Source: a virus
Taxonomy: Duplodnaviria; Heunggongvirae; Uroviricota; Caudoviricetes
Direction: 5' to 3' (one strand)
DNA: 34,806 bases
IMG/VR virus record: IMGVR_UViG_2695420763_000013
The position numbers and the translations under genes were made by a program. The notes beneath the pieces were generated by a model. It made no database searches. It had not been told where the DNA came from and saw only the letters and a list, made by a program, of their open reading frames with translations. Below are positions 27,174-34,806 of the stretch, piece by piece (the stretch's first letter is position 1; the number at the start of each line of letters is the position of its first letter).

Positions 27174-28413
27174 TACCTTCTCCTTTAGAAAGATTAGCAA
27201 TTGCTTCAACCAACTCATCAACAATATTATCTCGTGGAAAGAGCACAGGGTATGGTAGATGTTCTACGAAACTATTAAAATATGCCTTGCTTCCTCCCCC
27301 AACTACAGTTACTTGATTGAAAGCCATATTTTTTAAAGTAACAATAGCTTTCTCAGCTTCCGAACCGCCACCCTTACTTACTTTGGTAATTGCTTCTTTC
27401 AATTCAGGATAATATATAACAACATGGAAAGATGGATTCAGTAACGCGCCTAATATTATTCTATTTATATGATAATCACCGAAACCAAACCCATTTATGA
27501 ACAACGCTGTTTGAGGTTTCGAAATAAACTCCCCAAAACGTCTAAACATCTCTCCATAAACGAAGCCGATTGTATGGCTATATTTATTCGCCCCTGGATA
27601 AATCAAATGTTGACCGCGATAAAAGTCATCTTTATTGATTATGTCATTAATATATTCATCATATGCTTGAGATGCACTAACTTCGTTAACAGTCAAGCTA
27701 TCATTTTGATACCACGTAAGTGAGCCATGTAATTTATAGAGATACGCATGATAATGTCCGAATCTTGCTTCGCCCTTCGCATTTACATTTCTGAAAGCCA
27801 AATCAAAATTCTGGGGATAAAACTGCCGTGTATGTAGCCCAGAAAAACCATTAAACAACTGTATTCCTAAATCTTCTGCAGCCCACTCTAAGGCCAAATC
27901 ATAATTTGTTGTAAAAATTGCCGGAGCCGACTGACCGGGCTGTCTATTTGAAATTAATTTTGAAATTAACTCTTTGTGATATTTAAACGCATCTTTTTTA
28001 CCCTGATTTTTCTCTCTAAACTGTTCTCCTGTTAATAATGCAGCCTTCGTAACCTCTTTATATAATGAACTTAATATCTTCCTGAATTCCTCCTCTTCAT
28101 CTTCACATCGTCTAGTTTTAGCTACAGAAAGAAATTTAGTTGCTTCATCTATCAAAAGTTCAACATTGACCAAATTGTTATCAGAATCAATTTGCGAAAC
28201 CAGAAGATATTTATCAATAAGTGCTCCCAAAAGCTCAGGGTAGTTTTGCTTAAACGATTTCCATACATCTTTCATCGTTTTCCCACCACAACCGACAGAA
28301 GCACCAGCACCTAACAGAACGCCAACATTATCTAATTGACACAAGGAATAAACGTGAGAACGAAAATCATCCTCATTTAACTTGTTACCACCTTGATAAA
28401 TCGACATAAACAT
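27160..28413 (-). CDS. SIR2-like (sirtuin-fold) NAD-binding protein (defence cargo, gene 1 of 2)
   Basis: 417 aa. Glycine-rich GAGAS(V)GCGG near the N-terminus, TTNYD motif (Asn about 170) and KLHGS motif (His about 229), as in prokaryotic defence SIR2 domains. A second ATG at 28405..28407 has better SD spacing, so the true start may be 2 codons in. Confidence 0.85.
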   Translation of the reverse strand: MFMSIYQGGNKLNEDDFRSHVYSLCQLDNVGVLLGAGASVGCGGKTMKDVWKSFKQNYPELLGALIDKYLLVSQIDSDNNLVNVELLIDEATKFLSVAKTRRCEDEEEEFRKILSSLYKEVTKAALLTGEQFREKNQGKKDAFKYHKELISKLISNRQPGQSAPAIFTTNYDLALEWAAEDLGIQLFNGFSGLHTRQFYPQNFDLAFRNVNAKGEARFGHYHAYLYKLHGSLTWYQNDSLTVNEVSASQAYDEYINDIINKDDFYRGQHLIYPGANKYSHTIGFVYGEMFRRFGEFISKPQTALFINGFGFGDYHINRIILGALLNPSFHVVIYYPELKEAITKVSKGGGSEAEKAIVTLKNMAFNQVTVVGGGSKAYFNSFVEHLPYPVLFPRDNIVDELVEAIANLSKGEGNVPF

Positions 28414-28448
28414 CCTTTTACAAATTTTAAAATTAGCTAAGTTACTAC

Positions 28449-28477
28449 ATTAAAAATCAAATATTAGAAAAAGTCAT
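28449..28477 (-). promoter_or_regulatory. Candidate sigma70 promoter for the SIR2/HerA operon
   Basis: Minus strand reads ATGACT-17 nt-TTTAAT in a 115-bp AT-rich intergenic region upstream of the SIR2 start. Hand-matched hexamers only. Confidence 0.25.
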
Positions 28478-28528
28478 TACTCATAATCACACAATAGATT
28501 CATATGGTTAGCATAGTCACAATAGCTA

Positions 28529-30652
28529 TCATTGTTGATTATCAGCATCCTGTACATTGAAAATCGCGGTTGACTCGCCAACTATGCCTGCTCGTGTGTC
28601 TCCTTTGTTTGTACATTTACGTGATGCTTCTATTTTCAATGCCAGATTAAGCACTTTCAAGACCTCCGGGTCATTCCATTCGATAACACCGTCATCTACC
28701 AGATTAAGCACTGCTGCGGCGTGCTCAGAAGGTGTGGGAGCCGGTAACGAAGTATCACCACCGGTGAGCTTTCCACAGTTATTGACAGGACTCCGAGGCG
28801 CGGCGATGCCGCTTTTTAAAGTTAAAGGCTCCACGACCGGAACTTTCGGAACAATGCGCCAGTCCGTCGTTCTGGTGATATGAATATGACGCGCGCCGAG
28901 ATGCGGCGCGTAAATGCCGACCACTCTCTCGACTTCTTCCTCGTACTCGTTAACTTCATCCGACGGGCTACGGGCGACTCTGACAGTCTGGCAATCGCGC
29001 GGAACATTTGCCCCACCCTGCGCACTGATATACAACGCAAAATCGCCACTGTCTGCGGCAGCGCGTGCAGCCTCGACGCGTTCGTCAAACTCATCAGCTA
29101 TGCTGACGCCGCGAGGCAATTTGCGTAGTTCACGGTAAGCCCCCATTGTCGGCAGACCAACCGTTTTAAATTGCGGGATGCGCCACGTTGACGCCCATGC
29201 AGTAACAGCCGCGGCAGTATCTTTCAGAGGTCTGCCGGTATCGTTATCGAGCTGACCATCCAGTGCATAGCCGTCGATATTTTTTGAAATGTATTTCGCG
29301 ATATACCCCGCAGCACCGCCCCGATTAAGATGTTTTGCCTGAAAACGGTTTCGCGCAGCTCCTCTTTCGTCGCCATCCTCTTTGAGCGCGTAGCGACGCA
29401 TGATTTCGATAATCTGGTTACGCTGGCGTGGATTACAAAAAAGCATCATATGCCAGTGCGGCGTTCCGTCGTGGTGTGGCTCGACGACTCGCAAACCGTA
29501 GACCTGTAAATCATTATCCTTGAATGCCGTGCGCATCAGGCTCCAGATACGGCAGAGATAACGCTGCGCATCCTTTGGATTAAATGCCTCATCGTTCCAG
29601 CCGTGATTTAGCTGGACGGTTTTACTTTCGCCTTTTCCAACCTGACGTGTCGGGTGATACTTTGACGGCGCGGTCAGCGTGATAAACATCCCCACATCAC
29701 CTTCTGCGGCGGCGTAACGCTCAATACCGGCAATGGTGTTCATCAGCTCCATCCGGCGAATTTCAGGATTAGAAATACTGCCCATCACCTTACTGATAAG
29801 GTCGATGCGCTCGCCTGTTTCCCTGTTTTCGAGATCACACGATTTAAGAAATTCCAGATTTGCCTGGCGGCGTGCACGCACATCACGAATGGCATGTTTA
29901 CTGGCATAAGGAGAACGGTCTTTATTGACCTCCCCGACAGCAATCAGTAACGCCTCATGCCAGCGCATACGCTGGCCTTTAAGCTGACTAATCCACCACT
30001 CATCGTTAAACAGACGGGCAATGGCAGAATATGCCTGCCTCGTGGTCATCTGTCCTTTACGGTATTTTTTCCAGTAGAGAGGGGAAATATTGAAAGCACG
30101 TGCAGCGCCAGCAACATGACCATACAGATGCGCCTGAGCCTCATCCGTAAACAGCGATTCTTTCTCGCCATGTGCATCAACCCATGCATCGCAGAGTTCC
30201 TCATACATCATGAAAAGCTGCGATGAGATACGGGCGGCAAACTTTTTCAGTTCCTTGTCATTCATCCCCGGCAGACGCGCATAATGGTCACGCTCTGCCA
30301 GAAACAGCAACGACGCGTCGGTGTTCATTTCATGGCGCTGATTCACGCGCTCAATGCGCGGCCATAAACGACGCTGAAAAGTGGATGTGAGGAAATAAAA
30401 CCCGTGCACCGGGCTTTTATTGCGCCGGATGTAGTCATAGCGTGAAGTAAACAGCGAGCGCAAAAAGTAAGGCAGGCGGTTAATCGTGGATAAAACACCT
30501 TGCACCTGACGCATCTCGTCACGTGTAAGGGGTCTTTCGCGCCCGACAGCCTCGCGTGGCGCGTTCCATGCATAAGCACCGGTAAACGCCTTACCGGTGC
30601 CTGCGGCAAATGCTGATGGAGGGACAAAACGCCCGGAGGCTTTAACGGCCAT
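28529..30652 (-). CDS. A: Replication initiation protein A (rolling-circle HUH nickase)
   Basis: HUH-like HWHMMLF and a two-tyrosine GYIAKYISK motif typical of superfamily rolling-circle initiators. Start set at the ATG 30650..30652 (MAVKASGRF) from memory of the P2 gpA N-terminus; the ORF track extends to 30694. Confidence 0.8.
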   Translation of the reverse strand: MAVKASGRFVPPSAFAAGTGKAFTGAYAWNAPREAVGRERPLTRDEMRQVQGVLSTINRLPYFLRSLFTSRYDYIRRNKSPVHGFYFLTSTFQRRLWPRIERVNQRHEMNTDASLLFLAERDHYARLPGMNDKELKKFAARISSQLFMMYEELCDAWVDAHGEKESLFTDEAQAHLYGHVAGAARAFNISPLYWKKYRKGQMTTRQAYSAIARLFNDEWWISQLKGQRMRWHEALLIAVGEVNKDRSPYASKHAIRDVRARRQANLEFLKSCDLENRETGERIDLISKVMGSISNPEIRRMELMNTIAGIERYAAAEGDVGMFITLTAPSKYHPTRQVGKGESKTVQLNHGWNDEAFNPKDAQRYLCRIWSLMRTAFKDNDLQVYGLRVVEPHHDGTPHWHMMLFCNPRQRNQIIEIMRRYALKEDGDERGAARNRFQAKHLNRGGAAGYIAKYISKNIDGYALDGQLDNDTGRPLKDTAAAVTAWASTWRIPQFKTVGLPTMGAYRELRKLPRGVSIADEFDERVEAARAAADSGDFALYISAQGGANVPRDCQTVRVARSPSDEVNEYEEEVERVVGIYAPHLGARHIHITRTTDWRIVPKVPVVEPLTLKSGIAAPRSPVNNCGKLTGGDTSLPAPTPSEHAAAVLNLVDDGVIEWNDPEVLKVLNLALKIEASRKCTNKGDTRAGIVGESTAIFNVQDADNQQ

Positions 30653-30917
30653 ATGAGCCAAAAGCCTCTGAACAACGCTTGCTGAGTTGCTCAACCTGCG
30701 CGTTTAAATCAGCAAAAGACTTTGCGCTTCCGGTCAGAATATCGTGATGCATCATGCCGGAAACGAGCTGGCTTAATTTCGGGTAATAACCAACCACCGA
30801 CAGCCATTCCTGACCGGCGTTTTTACCGCTTTCCGCTCTCTTTTTCTCGTGGAGAATAAACTGAAAGCTGTCACTGGTAACGACATAACGTTCGCCAATT
30901 TCAATACGAATACTCAT
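30642..30917 (-). CDS. Early-region small protein (P2 orf83 position)
   Basis: 91-aa ORF immediately upstream of A on the same strand; 4-nt overlap with the next ORF. Confidence 0.5.
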   Translation of the reverse strand: MSIRIEIGERYVVTSDSFQFILHEKKRAESGKNAGQEWLSVVGYYPKLSQLVSGMMHHDILTGSAKSFADLNAQVEQLSKRCSEAFGSYGR

Positions 30918-31138
30918 GCCGTTCTCCGGTAATGTTTGTTTTTTGCTTCAAAGACTGACTGACAGGAAACACAACGCGTGGCTGACGGATAAGCCGCACG
31001 ACGGGCAGCAGGTATTGGCACGTCACACTCTTCGCAAACCAGCGCAGAAACACCGCAATGTTTTACCCTTGCCGCGTTAATCTGGCGCTCCAGTAATTCA
31101 GCCTGTTGTTCCTGAATGAAATCTACGTTGTCCGGCAT
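30914..31138 (-). CDS. DksA/TraR-type C4 zinc-finger protein (P2 orf82 position)
   Basis: 74 aa with CxxC-(17)-CxxC (CEECDVPIP...RCVSCQ). Confidence 0.6.
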   Translation of the reverse strand: MPDNVDFIQEQQAELLERQINAARVKHCGVSALVCEECDVPIPAARRAAYPSATRCVSCQSVFEAKNKHYRRTA

Positions 31139-31443
31139 TACCAGTTCCTTTTGTCGTTCAGTTTCTTAAATTCATCAGCGCAATAGCTGACGATTTCTGT
31201 CGTTAATTTTGTCAGTTCATCCACGGAGGAAATTTGCTTGTGGAATACAGCGCGTTTAACAAGTAAATTGACCACATCAGACAGGAGGTTTAATTCATTC
31301 TGATAAATCGCGATAACAGATTCAGTTATGTCGCGTTTTTCTTTATCAAGACAAAGTTGAATAAGAGATAAATCACCATTTTCCATAACGGCGATTTTTA
31401 AGGCGTTATTCAGTAATACAACTGAATGAGAACAGGACATCAA
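31138..31443 (-). CDS. Early-region small protein (P2 orf81 position)
   Basis: 101-aa ORF in a tightly overlapping same-strand series. Confidence 0.5.
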   Translation of the reverse strand: MMSCSHSVVLLNNALKIAVMENGDLSLIQLCLDKEKRDITESVIAIYQNELNLLSDVVNLLVKRAVFHKQISSVDELTKLTTEIVSYCADEFKKLNDKRNW

Positions 31444-31664
31444 AGCACCTCCCCGCGAGACAATCCGATATTGTGAAATTTTTCCGACTCCTGACTGAGC
31501 AGCTCGACTATCTCCACGCGGGATAACTCCGCCTTTGTGATATGGCGAATCATGGCGTCAAGATGAGAAGAAAAGCGCGTCGCAGCGTCGGCCTGTGCTT
31601 CGGTTCTGGCCTGTTGCAGCAGTAATGCGTATTTACCGCACTGATTTTCAGAAACTGTATGCAT
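31440..31664 (-). CDS. Early-region small protein (P2 orf80 position)
   Basis: 74-aa ORF with 4-nt overlap to the next gene. Confidence 0.5.
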   Translation of the reverse strand: MHTVSENQCGKYALLLQQARTEAQADAATRFSSHLDAMIRHITKAELSRVEIVELLSQESEKFHNIGLSRGEVL

Positions 31665-31727
31665 GACTTTCTCCAGGCAAAAAGAAGCCCCGCACGATTA
31701 AGTGCGTTAAAAACTCTGGTTAATTAT

Positions 31728-32234
31728 TTAATGCAGATATTGCTCTGGTTTTACCGACGTCAGAATTGTCGGTGCATACTCAAACAGACTGAATAATTCA
31801 CGTAATGCACGGAATAAAGCATCACGCCAGTAACATGATTCTTCATTAATTCGCCAGTACGGCTGGTTGAATTCTTTTTCTGTCAGTCGTGCGTGCATAA
31901 ATAAAGTACGTCGCTGGCTGACTGTTAAAAAACTAATATATGCATACTCACTTGCACCGACCTGACGGCGTTTTGAGAATGCCCCACGCAATTCATCAAT
32001 TGCACAAACCAGCCGTTCACGTTCGACGTCGTTCATTTCTTCAAAACGCATCGTTGCGTGACGCTGTTTTAACTGTGCATGAAAGCAAACCGTTAGCCGT
32101 TCGCGCTCCATCATCTGATTATAATAATCACATGTATCCTGCCAGCGAGGGACGGCAAGATGCTTGCCAATTATCCGGCGCATAGCTGCTGGCTGTTTTT
32201 CAACGAGATTGAGCGTCATCACTGTCATTTCCAT
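31728..32234 (-). CDS. B: Putative replication protein B (helicase loader)
   Basis: 168 aa at the P2 gene B position between cox and A. Call based on position and size only. Confidence 0.55.
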   Translation of the reverse strand: MEMTVMTLNLVEKQPAAMRRIIGKHLAVPRWQDTCDYYNQMMERERLTVCFHAQLKQRHATMRFEEMNDVERERLVCAIDELRGAFSKRRQVGASEYAYISFLTVSQRRTLFMHARLTEKEFNQPYWRINEESCYWRDALFRALRELFSLFEYAPTILTSVKPEQYLH

Positions 32235-32419
32235 ACCCTCCGGCTTTTCAGAAAGGTCAGAGCCTTTTTTAACGGACTCTGTTTTTTGGTGCGGATAATG
32301 ATTCCCTTACGCCCCTTACCGTGGGTGATGGTGAAGTCAATCGCCCTGGGGCTTTCGTTACGCAGTAACTGAGCAATACAACGAGGCTCATTCATACGGT
32401 TCTCCTTAACGTGGTTCAC
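32225..32419 (-). CDS. Small early protein (P2 orf78 position)
   Basis: 64-aa ORF, possibly starting at the internal Met MNEPRCIAQ; overlaps the cox stop. Confidence 0.4.
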   Translation of the reverse strand: MNHVKENRMNEPRCIAQLLRNESPRAIDFTITHGKGRKGIIIRTKKQSPLKKALTFLKSRRVWK

Positions 32420-32681
32420 CGAGACCTAACCACATCAACCAGCCGTCACGAATCTCTTTAGGGCGGCTTTCATAAGCCAGTTTTAGTCCGTTATTCCATG
32501 CCGGAAGGTATACCCAATATTCACCTGCACGACCTGAAGCTGATTGTGGATCGGTCATATCAATTACAGGCAGCTTTCCTTTATCGATCATCCGACGAAC
32601 CGCTCCTGTCGATTTTCCTATTAGTTTTGCGAACTCCTGATAAGGAATCGCATCAGTCATGAGTGTTACTTGCTTGCTCAT
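32406..32681 (-). CDS. cox: Cox (excisionase and regulator of the lysis-lysogeny switch)
   Basis: 91 aa (MSKQVTLMTDAIPYQEFAKLIGKSTGAVRRMIDKGKLPVID...), the P2 Cox length; divergent from C. Confidence 0.85.
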   Translation of the reverse strand: MSKQVTLMTDAIPYQEFAKLIGKSTGAVRRMIDKGKLPVIDMTDPQSASGRAGEYWVYLPAWNNGLKLAYESRPKEIRDGWLMWLGLGEPR

Positions 32682-32795
32682 GTCGTCCTCTAGCCCTCAT
32701 GAATTGCGTTTAATGTCTTATAATGCCTTTTAGTGCCCACATCCAAGCACTAAACAATCTACATCTAAACTAAATACTATTGAGATCTAAACACC
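32682..32795. promoter_or_regulatory. C/cox switch region (Pc/Pe promoters and operators)
   Basis: 114-bp divergent intergenic region with a TATAAT hexamer at 32719..32724, an inverted repeat TTAGTGC-N11-GCACTAA at 32730..32754, and two direct TCTAAAC repeats before the C start. Confidence 0.45.
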
Positions 32796-33095
32796 ATGTC
32801 AAACACGATAAGCGAGAAGATAGTCTTAATGCGAAAATCAGAGTATTTGAGCAGACAACAACTTGCTGATTTAACAGGGGTTCCGTATGGCACGCTGAGT
32901 TACTATGAAAGTGGTCGTTCAACACCTCCAACAGATGTCATGATGAACATCCTGCAGACCCCACAATTCACCAAATACACTTTATGGTTCATGACCAATC
33001 AGATCGCTCCTGAGTCCGGGCAAATTGCGCCCGCTCTCGCACACTTTGGGCAAAACGAAACAACGTCGCCCCACTCCGGTCAAAAGACTGGTTAA
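32796..33095 (+). CDS. C: Immunity repressor C
   Basis: 99 aa, the P2 C length; HTH-like segment LSRQQLADLTGVPYGTLSYYESG. Confidence 0.85.
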   Translation: MSNTISEKIVLMRKSEYLSRQQLADLTGVPYGTLSYYESGRSTPPTDVMMNILQTPQFTKYTLWFMTNQIAPESGQIAPALAHFGQNETTSPHSGQKTG

Positions 33096-33210
33096 CAATT
33101 CATCGTGAATATATTCATCACAAGTGCCTACTATTGGTGGCTAAATTTCAGCCACCACGAAAAAAGCGATTAGTAGTCGCAAAAAAACACACCACTCGGA
33201 GGGTTTTCTG

Positions 33211-34224
33211 ATGGCAATCAAAAAACTCGATGATGGTCGATATGAAGTGGACATCCGCCCTACTGGACGTAATGGAAAACGCATCCGTAGGAAGTTTGAT
33301 AAGAAAAGCGAAGCTGTCGCTTTCGAGAAATACACGTTGTACAACCACCACAATAAAGAATGGCTATCAAAACCAACAGACAAGCGACGTCTGTCGGAGC
33401 TGACACAGATCTGGTGGGATTTAAAGGGTAAACACGAAGAGCATGGGAAATCTAATCTTGGGAAAATTGAAATCTTCACAAAAATAACGAATGACCCATG
33501 CGCATTTCAAATTACGAAATCGCTTATCAGCCAGTACTGCGCCACCCGAAGAAGTCAGGGTATTAAACCTTCGAGTATCAATCGTGATTTAACATGTATT
33601 AGCGGCATGTTTACAGCCCTGATTGAAGCGGAGTTATTCTTTGGTGAGCACCCTATCAGAGGGACAAAAAGGCTTAAGGAGGAAAAACCAGACACAGGCT
33701 ATCTCACGCAGGAAGAAATTGCCTTACTGCTTGCTGCTCTTGACGGCGACAACAAAAAGATTGCGATTCTTTGCCTGAGTACTGGAGCACGTTGGGGAGA
33801 AGCAGCTCGTTTGAAAGCAGAAAATATCATCCATAACCGCGTCACGTTTGTTAAAACGAAAACAAACAAACCACGCACCGTCCCGATCTCAGAGGCTGTT
33901 GCCAAAATGATCGCGGATAACAAACGAGGTTTTTTATTCCCTGATGCTGATTACCCTCGCTTCAGACGAACAATGAAAGCAATAAAACCGGATTTGCCAA
34001 TGGGGCAAGCTACACATGCACTAAGGCACAGCTTTGCCACTCATTTCATGATTAATGGAGGAAGTATTATCACGCTACAACGGATACTAGGTCACACGCG
34101 GATTGAGCAAACTATGGTTTACGCTCATTTTGCGCCAGAGTACCTTCAGGACGCCATTTCTCTTAATCCGCTAAGAGGTGGTACTGAGGTCGAGAGTGTC
34201 CACACAGTGTCCACAGTAGAGTAA
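33211..34224 (+). CDS. int: Tyrosine integrase
   Basis: 337 aa, the P2 Int length; catalytic-domain motifs (TGARWGE, HALRHSFATH, LGHT-IEQTMVYAH with the terminal Tyr); directly precedes attR. Confidence 0.9.
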   Translation: MAIKKLDDGRYEVDIRPTGRNGKRIRRKFDKKSEAVAFEKYTLYNHHNKEWLSKPTDKRRLSELTQIWWDLKGKHEEHGKSNLGKIEIFTKITNDPCAFQITKSLISQYCATRRSQGIKPSSINRDLTCISGMFTALIEAELFFGEHPIRGTKRLKEEKPDTGYLTQEEIALLLAALDGDNKKIAILCLSTGARWGEAARLKAENIIHNRVTFVKTKTNKPRTVPISEAVAKMIADNKRGFLFPDADYPRFRRTMKAIKPDLPMGQATHALRHSFATHFMINGGSIITLQRILGHTRIEQTMVYAHFAPEYLQDAISLNPLRGGTEVESVHTVSTVE

Positions 34225-34303
34225 CGTTTAAGGGCTTTCAGTGGTAATTTATGCCGCTCAAACCCGCATTGTACCGTTGAAAGCCCCTACTGGTGACACC
34301 CTA

Positions 34304-34330
34304 AATCTCCCTTACACGGGCTTATTTTTT
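34304..34330. other. attR: Prophage attR core (exact P2 att 27-mer)
   Basis: AATCTCCCTTACACGGGCTTATTTTTT, the reverse complement of the remembered P2 attP core; 80 bp downstream of the int stop. Confidence 0.75.
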
Positions 34331-34488
34331 ATGCATAAGCCCTATCCCTGGTCACCGTCTTCCATTGACCACATCGATAGAATCTCCCTTCATAGCACGA
34401 TGCCTTTCACGTAACGGCATCGTGCTCGCACAGGTTCCGGCTACGCACAGCCAGAACGCGCATATTTGACGCTTACCAAAAAATATTC

Positions 34489-34806
34489 TCACTCTCCACA
34501 TTTGAATGTCAGACGAGCGACGCCATGTAATCCTGCACCTTCTGTCTTCAGGTCAACTATCTGCATTTTTTTGCCCTGAGTAACACAGAAATGGGCTGCA
34601 TCATTTTTTACTATATTTTCTGCACCAGATATTCTACCCCTGGCTAAAGAAGCTTCGGCTTCGGTGTAGTATTGGTTATCGAGTTTACGCTGAATATTAC
34701 TTTTATATGCAAGACCAAATTTACCGATACTTGTCTCATCATTATGCACAGCACAACCAGACATAATAAAAATACTAATTAATGATATAGCAGCTATCTT
34801 TTTCAT
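34489..34806 (-). CDS. yegR: Small lipoprotein YegR
   Basis: 105 aa with signal peptide and lipobox (MKKIAAISLISIFIMSGC); host flank beyond attR. Name from remembered E. coli synteny. The start codon is the last triplet of the window. Confidence 0.6.
   Translation of the reverse strand: MKKIAAISLISIFIMSGCAVHNDETSIGKFGLAYKSNIQRKLDNQYYTEAEASLARGRISGAENIVKNDAAHFCVTQGKKMQIVDLKTEGAGLHGVARLTFKCGE

Noticed and set aside
27222-27224. ORF-track start of the HerA-like ORF, reported as Met
   Set aside because: The codon is TTG on the coding strand. An ATG with a strong SD lies 17 codons in (27171..27173), so the track reports alternative starts as M and maximal ORF extents are not reliable starts.
27469-27723. 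84-aa plus-strand ORF inside the SIR2-like gene
   Set aside because: Antisense, Ile/Asn-rich product of AT-rich DNA; no independent support.
30653-30694. Upstream extension of gene A to the ORF-track start (MSNSASVVQRLLAH)
   Set aside because: It would overlap the preceding ORF by 53 nt. The internal ATG gives the N-terminus MAVKASGRF that I recall for P2 gpA, but this is unverified and the longer form remains possible.
33141-33479. 112-aa and 67-aa minus-strand ORFs overlapping the int start
   Set aside because: Antisense to the integrase with no start context; integrase homology explains the region.

Overview
The window is almost entirely one complete P2-like (Peduovirus-type) prophage of about 32.8 kb, integrated at the 3' end of the cyaR sRNA gene between host genes yegQ (1..1362) and yegR (34489..34806). 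All calls rest on reading the sequence and ORF track against remembered P2 gene order, protein lengths and motifs; no database search was run. The prophage is bounded by two copies of the 27-bp P2 att core: attL at 1507..1533 (26/27 match) and attR at 34304..34330. Gene order from attL is ogr, D, U, T, E/E', FII, FI, a serine DNA invertase with tail-fibre inversion cassettes, H, I, J, W, V, S, R, lysC/lysB/lysA, K, Y, X, L, M, N, O (all minus strand), then P and Q (plus strand), cos, a two-gene cargo, A, four small early ORFs, B, a small ORF, cox (minus strand), then C and int (plus strand). Two regions depart from canonical P2. (1) At the position where P2 carries tin/old, between cos and gene A, sits an AT-rich two-gene operon: a SIR2-like protein (27160..28413) translationally coupled to a HerA-like ATPase (25341..27173). 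This is the best candidate for an anti-phage defence system in the window; the pairing resembles the SIR2-HerA family as I remember it, so I cannot claim it is undescribed. (2) Between FI and H, an invertase sits beside a Mu G-segment-like switch with three copies of a 15-bp crossover core and two alternative tail-fibre C-terminal cassettes, each with its own assembly chaperone. Within it, 8957..10576 is an exact inverted copy of 10811..12430, which is either a real duplication or an assembly chimera of the two inversion isomers. Other supported details: the E/E' -1 frameshift on a T-TTT-TTG heptamer, lysC embedded in lysB, a cos match at 25165..25183, and the C/cox switch region. The ORF track evidently reports some non-ATG (TTG) starts as M, so several starts were re-set to internal ATGs by hand.
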